Assembly: GCA_052055015.1 (NCBI GenBank)
Contig: JBQJIT010000034.1
Strand: one strand, 5' to 3'
From: Malassezia furfur
Lineage: Eukaryota
Length of the DNA stretch: 46,935 bases
Shown: positions 1 through 10,283 of the stretch, piece after piece
How positions within the stretch are numbered: position 1 is the stretch's first letter
Layout of the letters: every line of letters starts with the position of its first letter
Notes under the pieces: generated by a model
Seen by the model: the letters and a program-made list of their open reading frames with translations, nothing else
The model's database searches: none
Told to the model about the DNA's origin: nothing
Translations under genes and position numbers: made by a program

Positions 1-191
1 GGGATGCGCAAACTGCGTCGCGTGCGCCGCCGCCCGCGCCGTGGGACACGCTGTTTGCGCCGCGCGACACGCACCGCATGGCGCCCGCCTGGGCGCTGGC
101 GCGCACGCTGCACGCGCTTGCCGCGCGGCCTATGCGCCTGTGGGACGCGGCGCCCGAGGTGTGGCAGCGTGCCTCCCTGCTACGTAGCTAG
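1..191 (+). CDS. 3' end of an unidentified gene entering from the left edge (partial)
   Basis: Frame starting at nt 3 is open (DAQTASRAPPPAPWDTLFAP...WQRASLLRS*) with codon usage like neighbouring genes. TAG at 189-191 abuts the RIM20 stop at 192-194. No family recognised. Confidence 0.45.
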   Translation, partial: DAQTASRAPPPAPWDTLFAPRDTHRMAPAWALARTLHALAARPMRLWDAAPEVWQRASLLRS

Positions 192-2405
192 CTAGTCGCC
201 GAACCGGATCGCCCCGCCCGGGAACGCGCCGCCCGACGGCACGGCGCGTGCGCGCCACGCCGCGACATCGGCGCGCAGCGTGTCGAGCAGCGCCGCGAGC
301 CGCGCGTAGAACGCATGGCCCTCGCTCACGTGCTGCGTGAGCGTCGTGTAGGTGGTGTAGGCGTCGCGCACGCGTGCGTACGCCGCATCCTGGGCCTGCA
401 GCGTCGCGTCCAGCGCTGCGTCGTCGTGCACGGCCGCGACGTGCGTGCGAATCTGGCGGAGCAGCGCGGCCTGTGCGTCGCGCAGCGCATCGCACTGGGC
501 CACGTAGGGGGTATACTTGCGCATGCCCGCATCGAGCACGTCGTCCAGCGCGCCGGGGTCGACCGCCTCGACGTCCGCGCCGGCGCGCACCTCGCCGAGG
601 TGCCGCTCGCGCGCCGCCGCCTCGAGGCGCGGGCGCAGCACGTCGGTGTCGCACGCCGAGCGCACGCGCTGCAGCAGCGCGCGGCGCTGTGCCGCGCTGT
701 CTTCGAGGCGCTCCACGTCCGCACGCAGCGTGCGCAGGCGCGGGGCGGCCGCGCGGCGCACGCGCTCCACCTCGTAGCTCGGCGGGAGCACATGGCGCGC
801 GAGCTCGGCACCGCCGCGCTCCATCACCGCGAGCTCGGCGCGCACGGCCTCCCACTGCGCCCGGACCGTGGCGTCGCTTGCGCCCGCCTCGGCGAGCGTG
901 CGTTCGTACTCGCGCCAGAGCGTCTGCAGCGCGTGCTGCTGCGTGACGAGGTCCTCGGCCACGCCGGGCACCGCGCGGAACACGACCGACTCGAGCTCGG
1001 CAAGCACGTCGGCACACTGTGCGGCGACCTGCGCGTTCTCGTCGATCTTGCGGGGCAGCGCCGCGAGCGGTGCACGCTGCAGCGCCGCCGTGTACGTCGC
1101 CCACTCGCGCGGGATGCGCTGCGGCGACTCGATGCGGTTGAGCAGGCCGGGCAGGTGCAGCTCGGCGAGCGCCGCGGAGGCCTCGGTGTCTAGTGCATGC
1201 AGCCGCGCCTCGACGACCGTCTCGCAAAAGTGCCGCTTGCGGTCGCTGTACAGCCGCTCGGCGACATCGATGCCATACGTCATCAGCCCTCGGAACCACA
1301 GCGCATGCTCGTCGACCAGCGCACGCGGCGACACGACGCCCTCGGGCGGCGCGGGCTTGGCCATCTCGGCCGTGCCCAGGTCGGGCAGCGCCGCTTCGTT
1401 CGTGGCCGACTCGAGATAGATGAGCTGGTTGTCGCGCTCAGCGCGCGCCAGGTTCGTCTCGACGATCGACTGCAGGTCACGGAGGTCGTCTACAAGCGCA
1501 TGGGACGGCAGCGCACGCAGCGGCAGCGCCAGCGCCGCGCGCACCTGCGAGGCAGCGAGCGTCAGGCGGCCGAGCTCGTCGCCGTACCGCTTGTGCACGA
1601 GATCGTCGCAGCTCTTGCGGTACTGCGCTGCGGCGGAAAAGTGCAGCTGCTTGCACCGCGTGTGCACTTTATATGCCTGCGGCAGCGGCGACGCGGCCGC
1701 CGCGTTCGCGCTCTGCTCGTACAGGTCGGCGGCACTGCGTGCGAGCTTGGCAATCGTCGTGTCTTTGTACGCGTCCTGCGTCGCCTTTTGCCAGAAACAC
1801 TCTTGCGCCTGCGCAAGCATGAGCGTCTGCAATGCCGTGAGCGACGCGGGCGCCAGCTCGTGGGGCGCATCGGCGCCCTGCTCGGCTGGGGTGAGCAGCG
1901 TCTGCAGCAGCTGCAGGGTTCCGGCGGCATGCTGCGTCAGGGCATCACGTACCTGAAAGTGCGTCGTCGCACGGCGGATACTCTCCTTATCGCTACGCGA
2001 CTCGGACTGGCCCAGCTGCGCGTACTGTGCCGCGATGCACTGTACGATGCACGCGCGCTCCATCGCAAGCGACGGATAGGCTACCAGGCGGCTGCTTGTG
2101 AGTCCCGAGCCCCAGGGAAATCCGAATCCTAGCGGGGTATGCGCAGCATCCTTGGCACCTGCGTTGCTGTCGAGCACACGCAGCAGGAATGCGAGCTGCG
2201 CCGCATACGCCAGAAGTTTTGGTACGCTCGACACGGCGATCGGCAGATGGATGCACGCATCACGCGCCGCACTCCATGCCTCGATGTCTGGCTCGTATAG
2301 TGCGCTGTGGATATCCGGGTATGCGGCGTCAAGGTACGCGATCACGGGGTCGCGCAGCGCGACGTGCTCGGACCGCGGCGCGCCCAGACCCAGCACGTTG
2401 GACAT
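192..2405 (-). CDS. RIM20: pH-response regulator PalA/Rim20 (BRO1 + ALIX V domain)
   Basis: BRO1 motifs (ERACIV, LMLAQAQECFWQKA, AERDNQLIYLE). In-frame 21-nt intron 1932-1952 (GTACGTGATGCCCTGACGCAG); removal restores the BRO1-type HFQ|HAAG. Confidence 0.88.
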   Translation of the reverse strand: MSNVLGLGAPRSEHVALRDPVIAYLDAAYPDIHSALYEPDIEAWSAARDACIHLPIAVSSVPKLLAYAAQLAFLLRVLDSNAGAKDAAHTPLGFGFPWGSGLTSSRLVAYPSLAMERACIVQCIAAQYAQLGQSESRSDKESIRRATTHFQVRDALTQHAAGTLQLLQTLLTPAEQGADAPHELAPASLTALQTLMLAQAQECFWQKATQDAYKDTTIAKLARSAADLYEQSANAAAASPLPQAYKVHTRCKQLHFSAAAQYRKSCDDLVHKRYGDELGRLTLAASQVRAALALPLRALPSHALVDDLRDLQSIVETNLARAERDNQLIYLESATNEAALPDLGTAEMAKPAPPEGVVSPRALVDEHALWFRGLMTYGIDVAERLYSDRKRHFCETVVEARLHALDTEASAALAELHLPGLLNRIESPQRIPREWATYTAALQRAPLAALPRKIDENAQVAAQCADVLAELESVVFRAVPGVAEDLVTQQHALQTLWREYERTLAEAGASDATVRAQWEAVRAELAVMERGGAELARHVLPPSYEVERVRRAAAPRLRTLRADVERLEDSAAQRRALLQRVRSACDTDVLRPRLEAAARERHLGEVRAGADVEAVDPGALDDVLDAGMRKYTPYVAQCDALRDAQAALLRQIRTHVAAVHDDAALDATLQAQDAAYARVRDAYTTYTTLTQHVSEGHAFYARLAALLDTLRADVAAWRARAVPSGGAFPGGAIRFGD

Positions 2406-2460
2406 GGTGCGAAGCCGTGCGCGGAGGCTGACTCAGCTGCCCTTTTTTTTTAGCGAGACC

Positions 2461-3090
2461 ATGGCGAGTGACGCGCGTGCAGTGGGCGCGGAAGCGGGTG
2501 TGCCGGCGCCGACAAGCGCGCCGGTGCACTCGACGGCAGACAGCAGCGAGGCGGCGCCAACGCAGCAGGAGCTGCAGTTTGCGCGCGCGACCTACATCAT
2601 CCTCGCTATGTGGCCGGCGATGCGCCAGGCCGTGCTCGAGATGTGGGGCGGTCCCGAGTCTGAAGAGAAGCGCGACTTTTTGCTGTCGCACCTGTGTGAC
2701 GAGTACGGTACCGGGAAGGGCAAGCTCCCGGACATGGACGACCTCACCGACCTCCTGGAGAACTACCTGGCCGAGGAGTACGACTGCCAGCTTGAGGACG
2801 ACAGCGCCGCGCTCGTCGCGCTCCACGTGTGCAACACATACAAGGCCGTGTTTGAGGAGCAACACGGGACCGAGTTCCTCAAGCAGCTCGAAGAGGCGTT
2901 CGCCAAGGTGAGCAAGTCGAGCGTCAAGAACCAGACGCAGGAGATCGCTGAAGACGAAGAGGATGCGTCTGACGATGCGCACGAGGTACCTGCACCCACG
3001 ACTTCGGCGCCGCGCACACCTGTGCCGCGGCCCGAGCCCGAGATCGACGAGGATGGCTTCGAGACCGTAGTGAGCCGCCGCCGGCGTTAA
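2461..3090 (+). CDS. TSR2: Pre-rRNA-processing protein Tsr2
   Basis: WPAMRQAV...WGGPESEEKRDFL (WGG domain), LEDDS, and C-terminal EIDEDGFETVVSRRRR. ATG at 2461 within ORF 2098..3090. Confidence 0.9.
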   Translation: MASDARAVGAEAGVPAPTSAPVHSTADSSEAAPTQQELQFARATYIILAMWPAMRQAVLEMWGGPESEEKRDFLLSHLCDEYGTGKGKLPDMDDLTDLLENYLAEEYDCQLEDDSAALVALHVCNTYKAVFEEQHGTEFLKQLEEAFAKVSKSSVKNQTQEIAEDEEDASDDAHEVPAPTTSAPRTPVPRPEPEIDEDGFETVVSRRRR

Positions 3091-3134
3091 TTTTGGTAGC
3101 TTCCTCCACTTGCACCCACGCGCCGCTGCGCGTG

Positions 3135-5904
3135 ATGGACGACAAGGCGGATGCGTCCTCGCTTTTCTTCCACGCGAGTCGCACGTCCGACGCCTCGGGC
3201 GAGCATCCCAGGCGGCTTGCACACCTTTCGGCGTCGTTCCGGCTGCACGATGCCGAGATCGCGTTTTTTAACGCGGTCGTTGGCTCGCTGCCGGCCGCGT
3301 CGGACAGTTTTGGGCATCTGAAGCGCGCGTACGATGCGCAGATGCGCGTGCCCGCTCTGGTGCACCGCATCGCACGCGCACTGGACGTCGGCCCGGACGA
3401 TACGGCGGCCGTCGATGCGCGGCTATGGAATACGCTCCTCGCGCTCGTCCAGGTACGGGGCCATACGTGGGCCGAGCGCTGGGACGCCGTGCGCGTCTCG
3501 CTCGGCCTCGACCCATGGGCCTCAGACGACGACGAAGAATCTTACTCAATGCACGAGCTTACGCACGCGCTGCAAACGCCCGCATCGCCTGCACACACCG
3601 CAGGACCATCGGCATGGACACTGTTCGACGCGCCGTCTGCGTCGCACTCGCCGTGGTCGTCTCCGCGCAGCGTGTCCAGTGACGGAGCACAGGACGCCTC
3701 CGATCACCGCTGGATGCAACGCAGTGCGTCGCCAATGAACCTCAGCGAGCTACGGCGCGCACCACTGCCGACCCCCGCGTCGCTCGCATGGACGCCGCGT
3801 AGTGTGCACGGCGTGTCGAGCCGGTCGCAGGATAGCGACGTGTCTGACGATGAGCTGGATGCGCCGTACAACTGGCGAACCCAACGTACTTTGCGTACCG
3901 CCGATGCATGGGGCGCTGCGCGTCTCCTTGGCCGCATGCTCCGCCGCTGGTATGCGGCGCTCCGAGCACAGCACGAGGCCGCCGTAGATGCTGCGCGCGC
4001 GCACGACCGGTGCATCGTGTCACAGAGCCTGGCTGCATGGCGCACGGCGACGCGGCAATCCCAGCGGCGCAGCACACTCGCTGCGGCGTATGCGGACCGC
4101 GCGCTACTGCGTCGCGCATGGGGCCACTGGGTGCGCCGCTGGGCGGCGCTTCTCGATACGCGGCGCGCCGAGCACCGTGCCGCGCTACGTTCTGCCTTCT
4201 ACGAAGTGGATACCCGGCGCAGCCACGCAATCGTCGCGGTCGCGTGGACGGTACGTCGACGACTCACACAGCTCTGGCGCCAGGCGAGCGATCGACGCCT
4301 CGCGGTGGCCGTTTGTGCTATGCGCACGAAGCATGCGGCGTTTGCAATATGGCGCGCACGGTCCGAGGATGCGCGCACACTGTCTGAGCGGGGCACGGCA
4401 ATTCGCCGCCGCCGTGTACAACGTGTGCTGCGCGACGTATGGGCGCGATGGACTCAGCAGACCAAGCGCCGTCATGCGCTTGCTGTGGCCACAGAGCAGC
4501 ACCATATGTGGCAACAGCACAATGCATGGACCAAATGGCGCACCCATCTCGCGCGCATCCGAGCGCTGGACGTGCGCGCGGATGCATGGGCCGGCGCTGC
4601 TACGCACTTGCACCTGCGCGAGGCGCTGCGCCGCTGGCAGCTGCGTGCACGGGCGGCGTATGCTGTGCGCGCGGCCGATGCACAGATCGTGCAGACCGCA
4701 TGGCAGACGTGGTGGGTTCGATTTACGGAACGCACCGTCGCTTGGCAGGGTACGTCACTGTCTCACACAGACTGGCAGGCGGACGCCGAGGCGCGGTGGG
4801 CACGGCGGCGCACCGAGCATACCTGGGCGCAGTGGATACAGCGTACCGCGTACTGGGAGCGGCAAGCGCAGTATGCGGCGCGTACACATGCCATGCGCAT
4901 GCTTTGGGCCGCCTACACACGCTGGGCCGCACGCGCACACGCTCGTAGGGAGGACGCGCTGCGTGCAGACGGTGCCGCCCGGCTGCACACGCTGCGTGGC
5001 GCATGGCGACAGTGGCAGGCGGCGCACCAGGCGGTACGAGCACGCCGCCTTCGTGTTGCGCTCGACGTGCAGGTGGTGGGCAACGCGTTCCAGGCGTGGC
5101 GCCTGCGTGCTGCTCAGGCACAGCACTGGCGCACGGGCGCAGCCCTGCTCGCGGCACAGACCGCCGCGCGCGTGCAGCGGACGTGTCTCGCGCACTGGCT
5201 GAGTCGCGCGTGTGCGCGGCGCGGCGCGTTCGAAGACGCGGCCGAGCGCGCCGACACGCAGTGTGTCGCACGCGCGCTTGCGCACTGGCGCGCACGCTGC
5301 CGCACCGTGCGCTCACATACCGACATGGCGGATGCTTTGCGTGCCGCGTATGACCAAGGTACGTGGCCGACTCACCAGACTGTGCACGGCATGCATTGCA
5401 CACATGGGTCCGTGCGCACCGACTGGGCACGCTGCAGACCGCGTGGCAGGCGGCGCGTGACACCCGCCGACGCGCCGTGGCGTGGGAGCAGTGGCGTGAT
5501 GCGTTGGCGCACGCCGCGCTCTCGTACGAGGTACGTGTGGTGCTCACGCGCAGGAATACGCAACGCTTGCGGCCCGGCGGCGGTGGATGCTGCGCCGCTG
5601 CTTTGTGCACTGGCTTGCCCGCACCAGTGTGCTGCCTGCCGTGGAGCACCGGCGCAGTACGCTGCAGGCGCACGCGCTGCGCCGGTGGGTCGACAAGCTG
5701 CGCGCGCGGCAGCGCGAGGCGACCGCGCGTGCGTTTGTGCGTGCGACGGTGCTGCGCGATGCGCTCGCGACGTGGCGCGCCAAGTGCGCGTACTTGGCCG
5801 AGCTGCGCGCCGTACAAGGTCTGCACGCACGCGCGCGGCGCACCTCGGACCCACACTTTCGGCGCCGGCTGGCGTTTGTGGCGCCGACGGCGCGTTTCTC
5901 GTAG
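3135..5904 (+). CDS. SFI1: Sfi1-like spindle pole body protein (centrin-binding Trp repeats)
   Basis: Many LxxxF/WxxW[RK] helical repeats. Introns 4251-4271 (21), 4750-4770 (21), 5359-5378 (20), 5531-5553 (23) join ORF frames 3093, 5363 and 5587 into one repeat protein ending at TAG 5902-5904. Confidence 0.75.
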
Positions 5905-5909
5905 CGACT

Positions 5910-6733
5910 CTACTTACGCGAGACATGGTACGAGCTCGCCTGGTTCGTCGGCAGGATCAGCACATCGGCGATGTTGACGTGCGGCTTGCGGCTCGCAGCC
6001 CACACGACCTCCTCGGCAATGTCTTCGGCGGTGAGCGGCTCGATGCCCTCGTATACCTTATCAGCCGCCGACTGATCGCCGCGGAAACGCACGAGGCTAA
6101 ACTCGGTCTCGACCATGCCCGGCTGAATCTCGCTCACGCGGATCGGCGTGTCCACGAGCTCCATGCGCAGCGCGGTGGTGAACGAGTGCAGCGCGGCCTT
6201 CGACGCGCAGTACACCGAGCCGCCCGGGTACGCATTCACACCGGCGATCGAGCCGAGATTGATGATGTGCCCCGCGTTGCGCGCCTTGAACTCGCGCACA
6301 AACTGCTGCGTGATGTGGATCAGGCCGTGCACGTTGGTGTTGAGCATGCGGTCGATCGCGTCCGGCTTGACGTCGCCGACGCGGTCGGTGCCGACGGCAA
6401 GGCCCGCATTGTTCACTGTGTCAGCACGAGCGACCTACCCAGCACATCCACCTCGCGGCCCCAGTCGGGCAGCAGCGTGAGCACCTTGTTCACCTGCTCT
6501 GTGTTGGTCATGTCGAGCGACACGGCCGCGTAGCGCCCGCCCTTGCCCGTCTGGCCCGCTCGGTTCGCTTCTTCGCACGCGCGGCACACTTCGGCGAGCT
6601 TATCGGCGCGGCGCGCGGTGAGCACGACGTTGGCACCCGCACGCGCAAACAGTGTCGCAGTCGCGGCGCCGATACCCGACGACGCGCCGGTCACCAACAC
6701 CACCTTGTCGTGCAGCAGCTTGGTCGTCCACAT
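5910..6733 (-). CDS. NADP-dependent short-chain dehydrogenase (YdfG/YMR226C-like 3-hydroxy acid dehydrogenase)
   Basis: TGASSGIG, NNAG, YCASK, PGMVETEFS motifs. 23-nt intron 6416-6438 joins VDVL|VNNAG. Confidence 0.9.
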
Positions 6734-6781
6734 CGTGGTGTGTCTGTGCGTTCCGCCCCACGTGGCCGCCGGCAAACGACG

Positions 6782-9094
6782 ATGGCGCTCGTGGAGGCCG
6801 CCGACGTCCGGCGTGCGCTCGACGCGCTCGACGCCGAGGACGCCGCGCGCTCGGCACGCATCGACGCGCTCCTCGCGCGCGCCGCTGATACTCTTACCCA
6901 TACAGATGCGGACGCCGCGCGCGCGGTTCAGCCGCAACTCGCGCGCGTTGCGCACGACGCCGACGACGTCGCTGCGCGGCTGCACACCACCGCTGCGACC
7001 GCCGCGCAGCTGCACGCAGACCTGCACGACATCCACGAGGAGCGCACGCGCGTGAAGCAGGCGATCGACTGGTGCCGCGCGGTGATCGACGTCAAGGAAG
7101 CGTGTGCGGCGCTTGCCGACGCCCTCGACCGGCACGACTGGGACGCAGCCGCAACGCACTGTGCGGCGGCGCTCGCCGTCGACCCCGCGGTGGTGCACAG
7201 TACGTTTGCGCAGCACACGGCGCCGACCGCGGCTCTCCCCGAGGATGCGCCGCATACCATCGCGGCGCTGCGCATGCGGCTCCTCATGGCGCTGCGCACA
7301 CAGTTTGTGCACTATGCGATGGAGGACCGCGACGAGGCCCAGGCCACGCGGTTCTTGTCGCTGTTCAGCGTTGTGAAAGCGCACGATGAGGGCATCGCGG
7401 CGTACACGGCGCTCGCGACGCAGATCGTGCATGCGCAGGGCAAGCCAATCCAGGAAAAGCTCCTTGCCTCGCCGCCGGCCGCGCCGTACTACAGCGCGCT
7501 GTGGGCGGCGCTGTTTGACAACCTTGCCGTGTTCATCCACGAGCACCAGCCGGTGGTCGACCGCCTCTTCCACGCCGAAGAGCACCCCGGATTTGTCCAG
7601 GGCGTCTTGCCGGGCCTGAGCGCCGAGTGGACACGGCTCGGGACACAGGTCCTCGATGTGCTCGACGAGCGCCGCACGCGCGCACGCCTCGTAAAGGCAT
7701 GCGCATCAGCGCGCTTTACGGTCGTAGACGCGGTACGGGCTACGCCGTACACGCCGGGACGCATCTTCGGCTCAGATGACGCGCAGGGCAAGGACCGTGC
7801 TATGCCGTTTGCCCTCACGCGACCCAGTACACCGAGCGTGCCGAGTGCGCCGCCCGCGCCCGATGGGCCGGATGCGGGCGTCATCGACGTGCTGCTCACC
7901 GAGCTCGCGCACATCTCTGCGCAGTGGGCGCTGTTTGTGCAGTTCCTGCACAATGCGCTGCACACGAGCCCCGCCGAGCTCGATGCGGCGGCGCACCGCG
8001 ACGCGCGCGCCTCGCTTGTGCCGCGCATCGAGGCGCTGCGCATGGACGCATACCTGCCGCTGCAGCGCTATGCGCTGCGCGCCGGCCTTGAAAAGGCGCA
8101 CGCACTCGACACGGCCGACCTCGAAGCGCGGCCAGTCACGAGCTCGATGCCCGATGACCTCTTTTTCGTGGTGCGCACCGTGCTCACCCGTACGTTGAGC
8201 ACGTCCTCGGTGTCCGTCGTAGAGCGTATCGTCGACGACGTGCTTGCGCTGCTCGACACCGAGTACGCCGACGTTGTTGTGCTGCGCATGGACAGCTGCC
8301 GGCGCACGCTCAACGTGCCGCGCCTCGTTGAGGGGCCCCGGCGCATCGCAGCCGCGCGCGAGGTCAAGATGACTATGGCCGTGTACCTCAATGTGCTCGA
8401 CGTGTCGGCAGCCTACATGGAGCGCATGCTGCAGGACCTACAGGACCGTGCGTTCCTCGCGCAGTACTATAGCGAGCAGCCGGCTGGCGACGACGCCGAC
8501 GTCTCGGCCACGAGCGAGCTTGCCACGGTGCAGGACACACTGAGCCGTCTCGGTACGCTCGTGCCCAAGCTGCGCTCTGCGCTGCAGTTTGAGATGGAGG
8601 AGCTCTACACGACGCTGGTGGAGCCGCGCGTGCAGGCGCTGCTGGCCGAGGTACTCCCCGAGCTCGTCTATGAGCTGGATGAGGCCGCGTATGCCCGTGC
8701 CGAGGACGAGAACCGCATCGTAAAGCGCCTGCAGACGCATCTCGATGCGCTGCTCCCGGGCTACCGCGCGCTGCTCACCGAGGCGAACTACGCGCTGCTC
8801 TTCCTTCACACACTCGACGCCATCCTAGCGCCGCTCGAGCGCGCGGTGCTGGCGACGCGCTTCACCGAGCTCGGTGCGCTCCGCTTCGACAAGGACGTGC
8901 GAGCGATGCTTGCGCTCGTCACCGCCGATGCGCCGTGGGGCGCGCGCGATCGGTTTGTGCGCCTGCAACAGATTGCCTTTGTGCTGAACCGTGACGATGA
9001 CGAGGACGCATACGAGGCCGGCACAGCGCTCGGCATCTCGTGGCAGCTCACGCCCAACGAGGTGCAGCACGTTCGGGGCCTTGCGCTCCGCTAA
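6782..9094 (+). CDS. COG4: Conserved oligomeric Golgi complex subunit 4
   Basis: Helical protein with SSMPDDLFFV and C-terminal FTELGALRFDKDVR...RDRFVRLQQI...WQLTPNEV typical of COG4. No intron seen. Confidence 0.85.
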   Translation: MALVEAADVRRALDALDAEDAARSARIDALLARAADTLTHTDADAARAVQPQLARVAHDADDVAARLHTTAATAAQLHADLHDIHEERTRVKQAIDWCRAVIDVKEACAALADALDRHDWDAAATHCAAALAVDPAVVHSTFAQHTAPTAALPEDAPHTIAALRMRLLMALRTQFVHYAMEDRDEAQATRFLSLFSVVKAHDEGIAAYTALATQIVHAQGKPIQEKLLASPPAAPYYSALWAALFDNLAVFIHEHQPVVDRLFHAEEHPGFVQGVLPGLSAEWTRLGTQVLDVLDERRTRARLVKACASARFTVVDAVRATPYTPGRIFGSDDAQGKDRAMPFALTRPSTPSVPSAPPAPDGPDAGVIDVLLTELAHISAQWALFVQFLHNALHTSPAELDAAAHRDARASLVPRIEALRMDAYLPLQRYALRAGLEKAHALDTADLEARPVTSSMPDDLFFVVRTVLTRTLSTSSVSVVERIVDDVLALLDTEYADVVVLRMDSCRRTLNVPRLVEGPRRIAAAREVKMTMAVYLNVLDVSAAYMERMLQDLQDRAFLAQYYSEQPAGDDADVSATSELATVQDTLSRLGTLVPKLRSALQFEMEELYTTLVEPRVQALLAEVLPELVYELDEAAYARAEDENRIVKRLQTHLDALLPGYRALLTEANYALLFLHTLDAILAPLERAVLATRFTELGALRFDKDVRAMLALVTADAPWGARDRFVRLQQIAFVLNRDDDEDAYEAGTALGISWQLTPNEVQHVRGLALR

Positions 9095-10215
9095 AGCTTG
9101 ACTACCTGTTCGGGCCGATACCCCAGCTCGGCGAGCAGCCCCCGCAGCGGGCCCTGCGACACCATGTCGCGGCCCTTGTCACCTGCCATAGCCCGCACAA
9201 ACCCGTCGGGGCCACACACAAGTACGAGCCGATCGGCGTCTGGCGCACTCCACGTGCGCAGGTCGGCTGCCTCGATGCGACCGAGCGCAAGCGGCAGCAC
9301 GTCGCCGCTGGCCAGGCGCAGCTGGTAGTGCGTCGGCGACGTCGGCCACCACCGCGTGCGGCGCTCCGCGTGCACTTCAGCGGGCACGGGCGGGCCCTCG
9401 AGTGCGGCAACCGTGCCATGGTGCGCCGCAAGACGCTCGACCCAAAGGCCGACACGCACGCTGGGGTGTTCTCGCTGGAACGCTGCGAGCTCGGGCACCA
9501 TCTCGAGCGTGTCGAGCGACTGTGCAGCGTACAGGACGGTGATGCGTGGCACCGGCCCCGCGGCAGCGGCGTAAGCGTTGGATAGGAGCTGCACCGCAGT
9601 GCTTACACCCGTACCCGCGACAAGCTGCGTTAGTGCGGCACGTACCAGGACAATTTCGGTGGGCACACGCGCCGTGCCCAGCTCCCACGTCGGCACAGGA
9701 CCACGGAGCGACACGGGGGATGTCGGGCGCAGACGATGCAGGTACCGCGACATTTCGCCATCTGAGTACCGCTTCACAACGAACGACAACATGTGGGGAT
9801 CAGTGCGCGCCAGCATCTCGAGCGGCGTGTAAGCGCGCTCGACTTGTAGTGACGGCTCTTTGATGTAGTATGCGTAAATGGCCAGACGCCGCGCGACGTC
9901 GTCGTCCGCGGCAGCATTATCCACACCCGTGTCACCGTTGGCACGCACCCGCAGCAGGCGGTGTACGGGCGCCTCGTGTGGATCAAACGCGTCCGTGGCA
10001 TTGCGCGGCAGGCGCACACTTTCTTCCAACGTCAGTTCCGCATACCGCGTCCGCTGCGGCACGGGCGGCGCGTCGTTCCGGCGCAGCCAGTATGTCGCAC
10101 CGGCTCCCGCACACGTCAAAGCCACGAGCGCACCGATGCGCCGCGACGCGCGTACGGGCCGCGCCCGCGGCGCCGCCTGCGTCGCGAGCGCGCGTGCGCC
10201 CAGCGTCCACACCAT
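9091..10215 (-). CDS. CYC2: Mitochondrial cytochrome b5 reductase-like flavoprotein (Cyc2-like)
   Basis: ERAYTP, VKRYSDGEMSRYLH, LRGP, VCGPDGF, QGPLRGLL motifs; N-terminal presequence plus TM segment. In-frame 21-nt intron 9625-9645 removal restores IVL|LVAGTG. Confidence 0.75.
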   Translation of the reverse strand: MVWTLGARALATQAAPRARPVRASRRIGALVALTCAGAGATYWLRRNDAPPVPQRTRYAELTLEESVRLPRNATDAFDPHEAPVHRLLRVRANGDTGVDNAAADDDVARRLAIYAYYIKEPSLQVERAYTPLEMLARTDPHMLSFVVKRYSDGEMSRYLHRLRPTSPVSLRGPVPTWELGTARVPTEIVLVRAALTQLVAGTGVSTAVQLLSNAYAAAAGPVPRITVLYAAQSLDTLEMVPELAAFQREHPSVRVGLWVERLAAHHGTVAALEGPPVPAEVHAERRTRWWPTSPTHYQLRLASGDVLPLALGRIEAADLRTWSAPDADRLVLVCGPDGFVRAMAGDKGRDMVSQGPLRGLLAELGYRPEQVVKL

Positions 10216-10283
10216 GTTCCTGCTGAGTCAGCGGGGCACGGCCGCGGCGCTGCCCGTGCACCTCCACGCCCAGCACCTCCAGG

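Noticed and set aside
130..1299. Many Arg/Ala/Gly-rich alternative-frame ORFs in the very GC-rich left part of the window
   Set aside because: Stop codons are scarce at high GC; these ORFs overlap well-supported genes and lack domains.
5379..6533. C-terminal third of the 1146-aa ORF 3093..6533 overlapping the SDR gene
   Set aside because: Sfi1-type repeats continue in other frames after the 20-nt and 23-nt introns and end at 5904.
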